From Clostridia bacterium (GTDB lineage: Bacteria; Bacillota; Clostridia; Christensenellales; CAG-138), in assembly GCA_045652385.1 (NCBI GenBank), contig JAZRUD010000056.1, forward strand, positions 1-32,786: a DNA stretch of 32,786 bases, written 5' to 3'. This document shows, piece by piece, positions 7,601-17,100 of this stretch. The notes under the pieces are model-generated. The model ran no database searches. It was given only the letters and a program-made list of their open reading frames with translations, and was not told where the DNA came from. Positions within the stretch are counted from its first letter, which is position 1. Every line of letters starts with the position of its first letter. The position numbers and the translations under genes were made by a program.

Positions 7601-8014
7601 ATGAGACGGATGATCACTGTCACGCTGATCAGCTTCCGGCCGGACGCGCACGAGGTGGGCGAGGACCCGGTCGACCGGCAGAGAGACGTCAGGGCGCAGG
7701 AGATGAGCCTGAACCTGTACGACAGAACCGAGGCCGGCGGGCAGGGACTGAGCCCGGAGGCGAAGCTGCTGATCCCGTACGACAGGGACTACGAGGGGGA
7801 GCGCGAGCTGATATACAACGGCGAGCGCTGGACGGTTATGGACGCCGACCCCTACAAGGACTGGAACGGCGTGATCCTGAGGATCCGCAGGAAGAAGGGG
7901 AACAGCGGGAGCATGCAAGCGGCGGAGGGACCGGAGGATACCGGCGGGAGCCCGGAAGCGGCGGAGGGACCGGAGGATACCGGCGGGAGCGGAACCGCGC
8001 AGGAGGTGGGCTAA
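7601..8014 (+). CDS. Head closure / head-tail adaptor protein with a repeat-extended C-terminus
   Basis: 137 aa. The core ...ELIYNGERWTVMDADPYKDWNGVILRIRRK fits head-closure proteins. The C-terminus carries AAEGPEDTGGS twice. Confidence 0.6.
   Translation: MRRMITVTLISFRPDAHEVGEDPVDRQRDVRAQEMSLNLYDRTEAGGQGLSPEAKLLIPYDRDYEGERELIYNGERWTVMDADPYKDWNGVILRIRRKKGNSGSMQAAEGPEDTGGSPEAAEGPEDTGGSGTAQEVG
7919..7990 (+). repeat. Tandem repeat with 39-bp period, 33/33 identical core
   Basis: gcggcggagggaccggaggataccggcgggagc occurs at 7919-7951 and again at 7958-7990. Confidence 0.9.
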
Positions 8015-8380
8015 ATGCCTGAGGAATACACGGAGCTCATGACCGCCATGAAGGCGCTGACACAACAGGCAGCGACCGGAGAAATCAGACTGCCGATGGC
8101 GGAGGACGGATGGAACACGCGGCCGGACGAGGACAGCTGGGGAGAGATCCGGCTGGAATTCGAGGCGGGGGATCTGAACGGAGACGGACGGAAAACCCGG
8201 AGGGCCTACGAGGGGAGCGTGGATCTGTACAGCCGGAGGCGCAGCGGATGCGGATGGAAAGAGCTGATCGAGGAGACGCTGGAGAACATCTGCGGAGAAT
8301 GCTGGGGGCTGAACTGGCACGGATATGAGAGGGAAACCTCTCTTTTCCACTGGGAATGGGTCTTTCAGGTGGAGGAGTAA
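8015..8380 (+). CDS. Hypothetical neck-region protein
   Basis: 121 aa, tightly packed between the adaptor and the HK97 gp10-like gene. No family recognised. Confidence 0.5.
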   Translation: MPEEYTELMTAMKALTQQAATGEIRLPMAEDGWNTRPDEDSWGEIRLEFEAGDLNGDGRKTRRAYEGSVDLYSRRRSGCGWKELIEETLENICGECWGLNWHGYERETSLFHWEWVFQVEE

Positions 8381-8381
8381 G

Positions 8382-8966
8382 ATGGCATTTTCAATTCAGT
8401 GGGATGGCGCGGCAGAGCTGATGAAAAAGATGGATCAGCTGCCGGAGAAGGCCGACAAGGTGGCGGCCCAGGCGCTCTACGAGGGCGCCAAGGTAATGGC
8501 TGACGAGGTCAGCCGGGCGATCGGGAAGATCTCAACGGAACCATTCAAGTACGCCTCGGGCGGAAAGAAAAGAAAGCCATCCCCGGAGGAGAAGGCGGCG
8601 CTCATGGAAGCGCGGCACGGCGTAGCCAAATTCACGCGAACCGGGACGAGCATCCAGACGAGCGTCGGATTCGACCAGGCCGGATACGTGGATGCGAATT
8701 TCACGCACATGAGCACATGGGCCAGGACAAACTACAAGGCAACCGGATCCGGAAGCGTAAGGAGCTCAAAGCTGAAAAGCCTGGGCAAAAAGGGCGGAAG
8801 GAACCAGAAGCCGGTTGGAGCCATCGCGAACGCGATCAACAGCGGCACGAGCTTCATGCAGAAGCAGCCCTTTATGAGAAAGACCTTTTCCCAGACAAGA
8901 CCGGCGGCTGAGGCCGCCATTGAGGACGGCATCCGGAAACGGGAGAATGAGCTGAGCCTCGAATAA
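8382..8966 (+). CDS. HK97 gp10-family tail-completion / neck protein
   Basis: 194 aa counted from ATG 8382. The N-terminus MAFSIQWDGAAELMKKMDQLPEKADKVAAQALYEGAKVMADEV matches the gp10-family pattern. It lies before the major tail gene. Confidence 0.65.
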   Translation: MAFSIQWDGAAELMKKMDQLPEKADKVAAQALYEGAKVMADEVSRAIGKISTEPFKYASGGKKRKPSPEEKAALMEARHGVAKFTRTGTSIQTSVGFDQAGYVDANFTHMSTWARTNYKATGSGSVRSSKLKSLGKKGGRNQKPVGAIANAINSGTSFMQKQPFMRKTFSQTRPAAEAAIEDGIRKRENELSLE

Positions 8967-8987
8967 AAACAAGGAGGAGAACAAAAG

Positions 8988-9581
8988 ATGAGTTATGCAA
9001 ATGTCGGGATGATGTACCCCGTATTCGCGCCGCTCGTGAGCCATGAGGACGGGGCGATGCCCTCCTACGGCACCGGCCGCGTGATTCACGAGGCGAGGAC
9101 GGCCACCGTGACGAGGGAGTTCGGGGACAACCCGCTGCACGGCGACGACCGCATCGTGGACGACGACAACGGAATGACCGGGCTGCGGATCGAATTCGAG
9201 AGCACCGGCCTGGACGATGAGGACCGCGTGGCGCTTTTCGGCGAGGAAAGCGCGGGAACGACGCTCGGCGGGTACTGGGAAAGCGACAACGAGACCCCGT
9301 ACGGCGGATTCGCCTACATCCGGAAGATGCGCGGCGACGCCGGAAAGAAGTACGAGGTCTGGCTGGCGCTGAAGATCAAGTTCCAGGAGGCGACGCAGTC
9401 GACCAACACGCGCCAGGGCCAGATCAGCTGGGGAACCCCGACGATCACCGGCCGCGGCGCGAGCCTGGACGTGGACGGAACCGGCAAGGAACGCTTCCGC
9501 ATTCACCAGACCTTCGACAGCGTGGCAGCGGCGAAGAGCTGGATCAACACCATGCTGAACGTCAGCGCGGCGACGACCTGA
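8988..9581 (+). CDS. Major tail (tube) protein, phi13-like
   Basis: 197 aa with RBS aaggagga. It sits upstream of the chaperone pair and tape measure, and ends ...NVSAATT. Confidence 0.8.
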   Translation: MSYANVGMMYPVFAPLVSHEDGAMPSYGTGRVIHEARTATVTREFGDNPLHGDDRIVDDDNGMTGLRIEFESTGLDDEDRVALFGEESAGTTLGGYWESDNETPYGGFAYIRKMRGDAGKKYEVWLALKIKFQEATQSTNTRQGQISWGTPTITGRGASLDVDGTGKERFRIHQTFDSVAAAKSWINTMLNVSAATT

Positions 9582-9588
9582 TGAACAG

Positions 9589-9625
9589 AAAACAGCCGGA
9601 GAGTCTGAGGACCTCCGGCTGTTTT
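9589..9625 (+). terminator. Strong hairpin after the major tail gene (possible attenuating terminator)
   Basis: 13-bp stem aaaacagccggag / ctccggctgtttt with an 11-nt loop. The T-run is part of the descending arm. Confidence 0.55.
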
Positions 9626-9650
9626 CCTGTATCAGGAGAAAGGGAGAAAC

Positions 9651-10094
9651 ATGCAGGAACTGAAAATCGGCGGGAGGACGATCCCGCTTTTGTACAGCAC
9701 ATACGAGCTGATCGCGATTCAGAAGGAAATCGGGTGCACCGCGTTTCAGCTGAACGACGACGTATTCGGCGTGGAGAAAATCGACGAGGACGGGGAATGG
9801 GACCTGGAGAACCTGCGGTTCCGGGTGGCCATTGAGCCGGAGAGGACGGAGAAGCTGGGGAAGCTGATCCGGATCCTCGGGAACGCGGGACTCGAGGAAA
9901 ACGGGGAAAACCCGGACCTGACCGAAAAATGGATCCTGCGGAGGATGAAGCCGAGCATGATCCTCATTTACGCGGTGACCGTGATGAGCGTGATCAACGC
10001 GGGGAACAGCACAGAGGTCAAGCCCGAGAAGAACGGGGAACCCGTGGACGAGATCCTCGAGGAAGAAGAAGGAAAAAAACAGCAAGGGAACTGA
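9651..10094 (+). CDS. Tail assembly chaperone (gpG analogue)
   Basis: 147 aa, between the major tail gene and the tape measure. RBS aggagaaaggga. An A-run slippery site lies near the 3' end. Confidence 0.7.
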   Translation: MQELKIGGRTIPLLYSTYELIAIQKEIGCTAFQLNDDVFGVEKIDEDGEWDLENLRFRVAIEPERTEKLGKLIRILGNAGLEENGENPDLTEKWILRRMKPSMILIYAVTVMSVINAGNSTEVKPEKNGEPVDEILEEEEGKKQQGN

Positions 10095-10222
10095 CCTACC
10101 TGCGGGTGGTTTCCTACGGGCTGATCGCAGGAATGAACAGGAAAGAAATCGACAGAGCGAGGCCGGGCGAGGTGCTCGACCTGTACCAGTACAGGATGAT
10201 GTACGACATGGAACGGCGATAA
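9651..10222 (+). CDS. Tail assembly chaperone frameshift product (gpGT analogue)
   Basis: It joins frame 0 (9651-10079) to the -1 frame (10079-10222, stop taa). This is the conserved G/GT arrangement upstream of tape measure genes. Confidence 0.55.
10073..10079 (+). promoter_or_regulatory. -1 programmed ribosomal frameshift slippery heptamer A_AAA_AAA
   Basis: In the zero frame the sequence reads GGA AAA AAA CAG. The -1 frame is open from here to 10222 and encodes TARELTYLRVVSYGLIAG... Confidence 0.6.
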
Positions 10223-10234
10223 GGATGTGAGGGC

Positions 10235-13200
10235 ATGGCCACGAACGTAAAGATGGGCGCGGACGTCGGGAGCTTCCGGCAGGGACTGCAGCAGGCGAAG
10301 AGCGAGATCCGCACGCTGGACCAGCAGATGAAGAAGGTCGAAGCGACCTTCAAGGCGACCGGAAACGCGGAGCAGGCCATGAGCCAGAAGGCCCAGACGC
10401 TGAACAGCCGCATGGAGGCCCAGCAAAAGGCGGCGAAGGCCGCGGAGGCAGCCCTGAAGGCCATGACCGAGGCCGGGGTCGACCAGGCGAGCGAAGCGTA
10501 TCAGAAGATGACGCGGGAGCTGCTGGCGGCGGAGACCGGCATGATGGAGACCCAGGCCGCGATGAACGACCTGGCAAGCGGGACGGACAAGCTGGCAAAA
10601 AGCGCGGAGAACGCGGCGGGGAAGGCCGGGAACCTGAAGAGCCAGGTCAGCGAGATCGGCAAGCACATGAGCCTCGACCTCGTGGAGAAGGGCTTCACCA
10701 CCGTAGGCAACATGATGGAGCGGACCGGGCAGAAGGCCGTAAACCTCGGGAAGCAGCTGATGAACGTGTTCAGCCAGGTCGGCGTATGGGCGGACGACGT
10801 GAACACCCGGGCGGCATTCTGGGGCAAAACGGCGGAGGAGATTCAGCGCCTGGACGTGGCCACGCAGAAGGCGGATATAAGCACCGAGGATTACCTGGCG
10901 ATGCAGGATCAGGTTTTCCGGCGGACAAAGGACCTGAGCGCGGCGACAGAGCAGCAGATCCAGGATATGCTGGATCTGGGGCTTGTCCAGAGGGAGACCG
11001 GGAAGGCCGGCGATTTCTACGTTGCGACCTACGACAACGCCGAGGACGCGATGTGGAACATGCTGGAAGCCCTCGAGAGGATGCCGGACAGCGAGAGGAA
11101 AGTACGCCTGGCAAACGAGTACGCGTCGAAGAGCTGGCGGGAGCTGATGGTCCTGGCCGGGAAAGGGCGGGAAGCATTCAAGCTGGATTACGACAGCGCG
11201 CCCATCGTGAGCCAGGAGAGCCTCGACAACGCGCAGGAGATGCAGGACAACCTGGAGGAGCTGCAGAGGCAGTTTGAGCAGCTGAAACGCGAGGTGGTCG
11301 GGGATCTGGCGCCGAGCATCAGCGCGGCGGCACAGAATCTGGCGTCGGTATTCAGCGAGCTGAACAAATACCTGCAGAGCGAAGAGGGCAAGGAAAAGAT
11401 GTCCGAGCTCAACCAGGTGCTGACGGACCTTTTCACGGACATCACGAACATCAACCCGGAAGCCGTGGTGCAGACGGTCAAAGACACGATCGGCGGGATC
11501 CGGGACGCGTTCAAATGGATTTTCGACAATAAAGAGACCCTGAAGGGGATGCTGGGCGCGATCCTCGGCGCGTGGGGCGCGGTCAAGGTGGCCGGCACGG
11601 TATCGACCTTTATCAGCCTGATCAACAACCTGAAAGCCCTGCAGCGAAACCCGAACATCCCGATCAATCCGACCGTGCCGACGGGGCCGACGGGGACGGG
11701 AACCGGAACAGGGACGGGGACGGGCAGCGTAAATATCCTGAACTGGCCGAGCGCGATGATGGCAAACCCGGTGCCGGTATACGTGACGAACATGACGGGG
11801 CTGCCGACGGGGTCGCCGACGGGGTCCCCGACGGGATCACCGACGGGATCGCCGACAGTGCTGCCGCCGGGAGGATCGCCGACAGCGCTGCCGCCGGGAG
11901 GGAGTCCGGTATTACCGGTCATCTGGCCGACGGGGCTCGGCGGCGGAGCGGGGCAGAACCTGACAGGCGTCAACACGACGAACCTGACCGGAGGAGGGAA
12001 CGACCTCATCAAGCTGCCTCCGGGAAGCTACAGCATGACGGACGAGTTCGGACGTGCCATCGGACCGAACGGACAGCCGGTCGCGCCGAAGGTTGACGTA
12101 GGAACCGGAGGCAAAAGCCCGCTGAACGGGCTGAAGTGGGGCGTAGCTACGGCAGCCGGGCTCGCCGTGCTGTTCAAGAACGCACTGACGGAGCAGGGGA
12201 ACGACGATCTGTACAAAAGCGCCTGGGAAGACGCGGCGGGGCGTGCCGTATACGTGGACCTGGAAGGGAAAACGCACTATTACAGCCCGACAGGACCGGA
12301 GAAGCCGGGAGAGGGATCGGAAGACGCGATCATGCGTATCCTGCAGGGCATGAGCGAAAGCGGAGAAGTTCCGGCCGGGCTTTGGAAATATGACAGGACG
12401 AGGCTGGAGCAGATCTTCGGGGCCGGCGGTTTCTCGGTGACGACAGGAGAAGCGACAAGGCGCGGAGCCGGGGCGAACAGCACAAAAAAACAGACGACAG
12501 GGGAGTGGCTGAACGACCTGCAGATCTGGTACGACATCCTGAAGCAGGGGCAGGACAACCCGGAGCTGAAGGCGGGGGTCGACTGGTTCGAGGGATACAT
12601 GCAGCAGCAGTACGGCAAGGGAGCGGGCATTGAGGGAATCAAGGCCCACCTGGCCGGGCTCGGGTACCGGAGCGAAGACCTGGACTATCACATGCTGCCG
12701 GAGGACATACAGAGAATCATCCGGGATCACATTGAGCATCAGAACCAGCAGGCAGAGGCAGAGGCCGTGCGGAAGCTCGAAGAGCAGGTGGAAGAGGAGA
12801 ACGCGGAGGTCCGAAAGGCAACATACGAGGCCAACAAGGAAGCCTTCGACCAGAACGTGGAGAACGTCAGGCAGTGGTTCACGATGCTGAACAGCATGCC
12901 GGAGGACGCGACGTTCCGGCTCGGGGACGAGACGCTGGGACTGAAGGAGGCCTGGGAAAAGGCGACGAGGCAGGCACTGGGCAATTATCTGAAAAACGGG
13001 ACCGTGGACCTGATCATCAACCAGATGAAGGATCAGGGGTATTCAGACGAAGCCTTCGACGAGATGATCAGGATCCTGATGACGAAGGAGCCGAAACTGC
13101 CGGTGGAGATTGTACCGGACGCAGAGGACGCGCAGAAGAAGCTGAACGAAATGGGCCTGACCATGAACGTCGGCGTGATCATCGAGTCGGTCCGGCACGG

Positions 13201-13450
13201 AGGCGGCGGAGGAGGCCGCGGACAGGTCATGACGCCTTTTGCCAACGGGATCCCGTACGTGCCGTACGACATGCCGGCCTTCCTGCATAAGGGCGAGCGC
13301 GTGACGCCGGCCAGGGAGAACAGGACGTACAACGCGAACAGCCATCTGTACGTCGAGAACATGAACATGTCGAGCGGGATGGACGCGAAGGCGCTGGTCG
13401 ACATGATGGCCGCGCAGCAGCGGAGAACCGCGGCCGGGTTCGGGAGCTGA
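10235..13450 (+). CDS. Tape measure protein
   Basis: 1071 aa with an Ala/Gln/Glu-rich helical N-terminal part and a hydrophobic segment GMLGAILGAWGAVKVAGTVSTFISLI. It follows the chaperone pair, and the C-terminus carries FANGIPYVPYDMPAFLHKGERVTPA. Confidence 0.9.
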   Translation: MATNVKMGADVGSFRQGLQQAKSEIRTLDQQMKKVEATFKATGNAEQAMSQKAQTLNSRMEAQQKAAKAAEAALKAMTEAGVDQASEAYQKMTRELLAAETGMMETQAAMNDLASGTDKLAKSAENAAGKAGNLKSQVSEIGKHMSLDLVEKGFTTVGNMMERTGQKAVNLGKQLMNVFSQVGVWADDVNTRAAFWGKTAEEIQRLDVATQKADISTEDYLAMQDQVFRRTKDLSAATEQQIQDMLDLGLVQRETGKAGDFYVATYDNAEDAMWNMLEALERMPDSERKVRLANEYASKSWRELMVLAGKGREAFKLDYDSAPIVSQESLDNAQEMQDNLEELQRQFEQLKREVVGDLAPSISAAAQNLASVFSELNKYLQSEEGKEKMSELNQVLTDLFTDITNINPEAVVQTVKDTIGGIRDAFKWIFDNKETLKGMLGAILGAWGAVKVAGTVSTFISLINNLKALQRNPNIPINPTVPTGPTGTGTGTGTGTGSVNILNWPSAMMANPVPVYVTNMTGLPTGSPTGSPTGSPTGSPTVLPPGGSPTALPPGGSPVLPVIWPTGLGGGAGQNLTGVNTTNLTGGGNDLIKLPPGSYSMTDEFGRAIGPNGQPVAPKVDVGTGGKSPLNGLKWGVATAAGLAVLFKNALTEQGNDDLYKSAWEDAAGRAVYVDLEGKTHYYSPTGPEKPGEGSEDAIMRILQGMSESGEVPAGLWKYDRTRLEQIFGAGGFSVTTGEATRRGAGANSTKKQTTGEWLNDLQIWYDILKQGQDNPELKAGVDWFEGYMQQQYGKGAGIEGIKAHLAGLGYRSEDLDYHMLPEDIQRIIRDHIEHQNQQAEAEAVRKLEEQVEEENAEVRKATYEANKEAFDQNVENVRQWFTMLNSMPEDATFRLGDETLGLKEAWEKATRQALGNYLKNGTVDLIINQMKDQGYSDEAFDEMIRILMTKEPKLPVEIVPDAEDAQKKLNEMGLTMNVGVIIESVRHGGGGGGRGQVMTPFANGIPYVPYDMPAFLHKGERVTPARENRTYNANSHLYVENMNMSSGMDAKALVDMMAAQQRRTAAGFGS
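11678..11905 (+). repeat. In-frame low-complexity tandem repeats inside the tape measure gene
   Basis: Three repeat blocks: PTGPTG(TG)5 at 11678-11728, 4 x 12 bp ccgacgggNtcN (PTGS) at 11804-11851, and 2 x 27 bp (SPTxLPPGG) at 11852-11905. Confidence 0.85.
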
Positions 13451-13479
13451 CAGACTTTTAAGCACAAAGGTGATGGAAA

Positions 13480-14196
13480 ATGGCAAAAAGCTGGTTTGAG
13501 TGGAACGGGACACGCTGCGGGGACAAGCACCTGTGGACGGAAGGGGCCGCGCAGAAGATCCGCCCGGAGGAGAGGGCAGAGCATGTGACTATCCCGGGGC
13601 GGAGGGGCGACCTGACGAAAACCGAGGGCGAAAAGATCTACAACAGCTATATCCAGACCCTGACGATCATCACCGACACGCGGGGGCACGCGGACGAGGC
13701 GGAGAGGTGGCTGAGCGGCGAGGGATGGATCACCTTTTCAAGCGATCCGGAGAGAAAACAGCGCGCGCGGGTCATCGGCGCGGTGAGCCTTAACAGGTAC
13801 AGCCGAAACATGGACTACTGGAGCGGAGAAGTGCAGTTTTACTGCGACCCGGAGAAGGCGGCACTTACAGAGCCGGAGGACGTGACGCTGAACAGCGCCG
13901 GAACCGTCTTAAACGGCGGGGATTATCCGGCGCTGCCGAAGATCACCGTAACATGCCCGATCAACGACAGCGTGCTGATCACGGTGGGCGGGAAGGCATT
14001 CACGGTGGAGCTTGCGGAGACGGGCCTGAGCGGCTGCGTGATCGACAGCGCGGCGGAGATCGTGACAAGCCCGGACGGGACGGTGAACCTGACGGGGAGA
14101 AGCGACGGGGATTTCCCCGTTCTGCCAGCGGGGAGCAGCATGGTCAGCGGGGAATGGACCAAACTGGTGATTAAGAAAAGGGAGAGATACTTGTGA
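13480..14196 (+). CDS. Distal tail protein (Dit)
   Basis: 238 aa, directly after the tape measure. The N-terminus WFEWNGTRCGDKHLW...IPGRRGDL is typical of the siphovirus tail family. Confidence 0.78.
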   Translation: MAKSWFEWNGTRCGDKHLWTEGAAQKIRPEERAEHVTIPGRRGDLTKTEGEKIYNSYIQTLTIITDTRGHADEAERWLSGEGWITFSSDPERKQRARVIGAVSLNRYSRNMDYWSGEVQFYCDPEKAALTEPEDVTLNSAGTVLNGGDYPALPKITVTCPINDSVLITVGGKAFTVELAETGLSGCVIDSAAEIVTSPDGTVNLTGRSDGDFPVLPAGSSMVSGEWTKLVIKKRERYL

Positions 14197-17100
14197 TCCA
14201 TCTGTACTACATGGGCAACCGGAACTACGAGCGGAACGGCGACGTGATCCTGATGCCCACCAGCTGCATCGTCCGCGAACAGGGAGGCGGGAGCTACGAG
14301 CTGGAGATGGATCACCCGCAGGATCCGGACGGAAAGTGGGAGGCCCTGGAGGAGACCCTGATCATCAAAGCGCCGGTGGCGGCGGCGAGCATCCCGAAGA
14401 CCTTCAGCGGGGCCGAGGTGGACGTATACGCGGCCAACCGGGACACGGAGCTGAGGGAGGCCCCGAACGAGCCGCAGAGGATCAGCTATCCGCTGTTTGA
14501 GGCGAGCTCCGCGATGGTGACATACACCGTCGGGAGCAAGGTCAGCTACATCGGGCACAACTATCAGATGTACGCGCAGGACCCGAAGTCGGAGTACGGT
14601 TACTGGCACACGCCGGACAACTATCCGGACTACTGGCGGAGGATCGCGGATTATTCCAGCGGCGCGCAGGTGCTTGTAAGGCTGAAGAGCGGCACGGAGG
14701 TTTACCTGATCGAGCAGACGAGCGGCACCTGGTATCAGGTGATGACCAAGGCCGGCGTGACCGGATACGTCAAGGCCGAGCATCTGACATTTGTGAGGCA
14801 CCAGACGCCGGAGGAGATCGAGGCCGAGGAAATCAGGGAGCAGCTCTTCAGGATCTACAGCGTGAACGTGGACACCAAGGGGAACAAGGTGCGCGTGAAC
14901 GCACGCCACGTCAGCTTTGACGGAAACGGCGTATTCTTAGGAGACTGCGAGATCAGCCAGGCGAGCCCGGCGATGGCCATACAGAGGCAGATCGACGCGC
15001 GGCTGACAGAGTACCAGGGAGAGATCGGGACAAACCTGACCAGCGACGATTATCCGAAATACAGCGCGAAGCTGACAGGGAAAAGCGTGATCGCGGGGCT
15101 GCTCGATCCGAAGGACGGGATCGTGGCCGCATACGGCGCGCACGTATACCGGAACAACTGGGATATCGCCATCGTGGAGCCGCAGAACGCGGTCAGCGGA
15201 GTCAGGCTGCGGTACGGGAAAAACCTGCGGGGCGTCAGCTGGGGACGGAAGACCGAGAAGATGGCGACGAGGGTGATCCCCGTGGCCAAGGGAGAGGGCG
15301 GCGCCGACCTGTATCTTCCCGAAATCTTCGTAGACAGCCCGTACATTGACCGGTACGACGTGATCATGACCGAGCGGCTTGTAGTGAACGGGCAGGTCGG
15401 GAAGGACGACGGATCCGGCACGGAGACAACATGGACGGAGCAGAGCCTGTACGCGGAGATGAGGAGAAAGGCGGAGGAGCGCTTTTCCGTCGACCATATC
15501 GACGCGCCGCAGATCTCGCTGGCCGTGGAATTCACGCTGCTCGGCGACACGGAGGAATACAGGCAGTACCGGGGGCTCGAGAAGCTGCACATGTACGACA
15601 GCGTGAGCGTGAAGGATCCGCGGATCGGGCTTGACGTGATCATGACGGTCATGGAGACCGAGTGGGACGCCATCCGGAAGGAATACCGCGGGATCAAGCT
15701 GGCGGACACCGTGGACTACGGCGCCGGGACGATACCGGGGTATCAGATCCAGAGCGGGGCGATCGGCGGGAGCCATATCCAGAGCGGCGCCATCAGCGGA
15801 GGGATGATCTCGGCCGGGGCCATCACCGCGAGAACGCTGGCGGCGGAGGCTATCACGAGCGACAAGATCGCCGCGCGGGCCATCACGACAAGGGTGCTTG
15901 AAGCGGAGGCAGTGACCGCGGAGAAGATCCACGCCGGGGCCGTCACCGCGGAGAAGGTGGACACGCAGGATCTTTTCGCGGACAGCGCGGTGATCCAGTA
16001 CGTGAGCGCGCAGGCCGTGGAAGCGGTCAGGGTGAACGCGGAGACGATCACGGCGGAAACGGCGTGGATCCAGGCGCTGAACGCGCAGGCCATCGTGGCG
16101 GTGGACGCGGAGATCCAGCGGGTGGTCGCCGGGCAGATCACGACCGACGCGCTGTACGCGGGGATCGCGACGATCGCGCAGGCCATGATCGCCGGGGCGC
16201 ACATCGGGGACGCGCAGATCGACTTCGCGAACATCGCGGACCTGAAGGCCGCCATGATCCAGGCCGTGAACCTGGACGCGCAGAACATATCGACCGGCGT
16301 GCTGCGGGCGAGCATCGCCGTGATCCAGGACGGCGAGATCGACAACGCGGACATCAATACCGCGCACATCGTGGATCTTACAGCGGACAGCTTTATCGCG
16401 CACGACGCGGTGACGGACCGCTACACGATCTCCAAACTGAAGGTCAACAACGCGCAGCTGGTGACCGCGACGGTCGGCGAGCTGGTGGTCAAGGCCAGCG
16501 ACAGCCACTACTACCGGATCGACGTGGATCCGGACACCGGCGAGGTCACGACGACCGACGTGACGCAGGAGCTGAGCCCAGGCGAAATCACGGCCGGCAT
16601 TACCAGCGACGGCGTGGCGACCATCATCGAGACCGACCTGACCGTGGACGAGCTGAGCGCCAACAACTTCAGCGGCCTGAGCGCGCTGATCGACAAGATC
16701 CGGGCGGACAGGATCGACGTGGACACGCTTTTTGCCCGTCAGGCCTTTATCGGGAAACTGAACACGACGGACATCACCGGCAACTCGTACCTGCAGCTGA
16801 TGGTCAACACGAAGAACGCGACCTACACGCAGTGGGCGGACCCGGCGCTGACCCACACGGTACAGCCCGGCGACACGTGGAACCGGCGCGCGGAGACGCA
16901 CACGCACGCCACGATGGCCGCAAAGACGCACGCGGAGCTCGGCGCGTATCCGCACTGGGCGATGAGCCGGTACTTCAAGCGCTACGTACGGACGACCGGC
17001 GGCTGGGAGCTGACGGAGGATCTTAACGAAGCCCACGAGACGCAGGCGCGGATCCTGATCAGCCAGGACAGCATCCTGCAGGAAGTGGACAGCGCGGTGC

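Noticed and set aside
11678-11905. Short direct repeats that could superficially resemble a CRISPR-like or minisatellite array.
   Set aside because: The units are 6-27 bp, contiguous with no spacers, and strictly in frame inside the tape measure ORF. They are coding low-complexity repeats.
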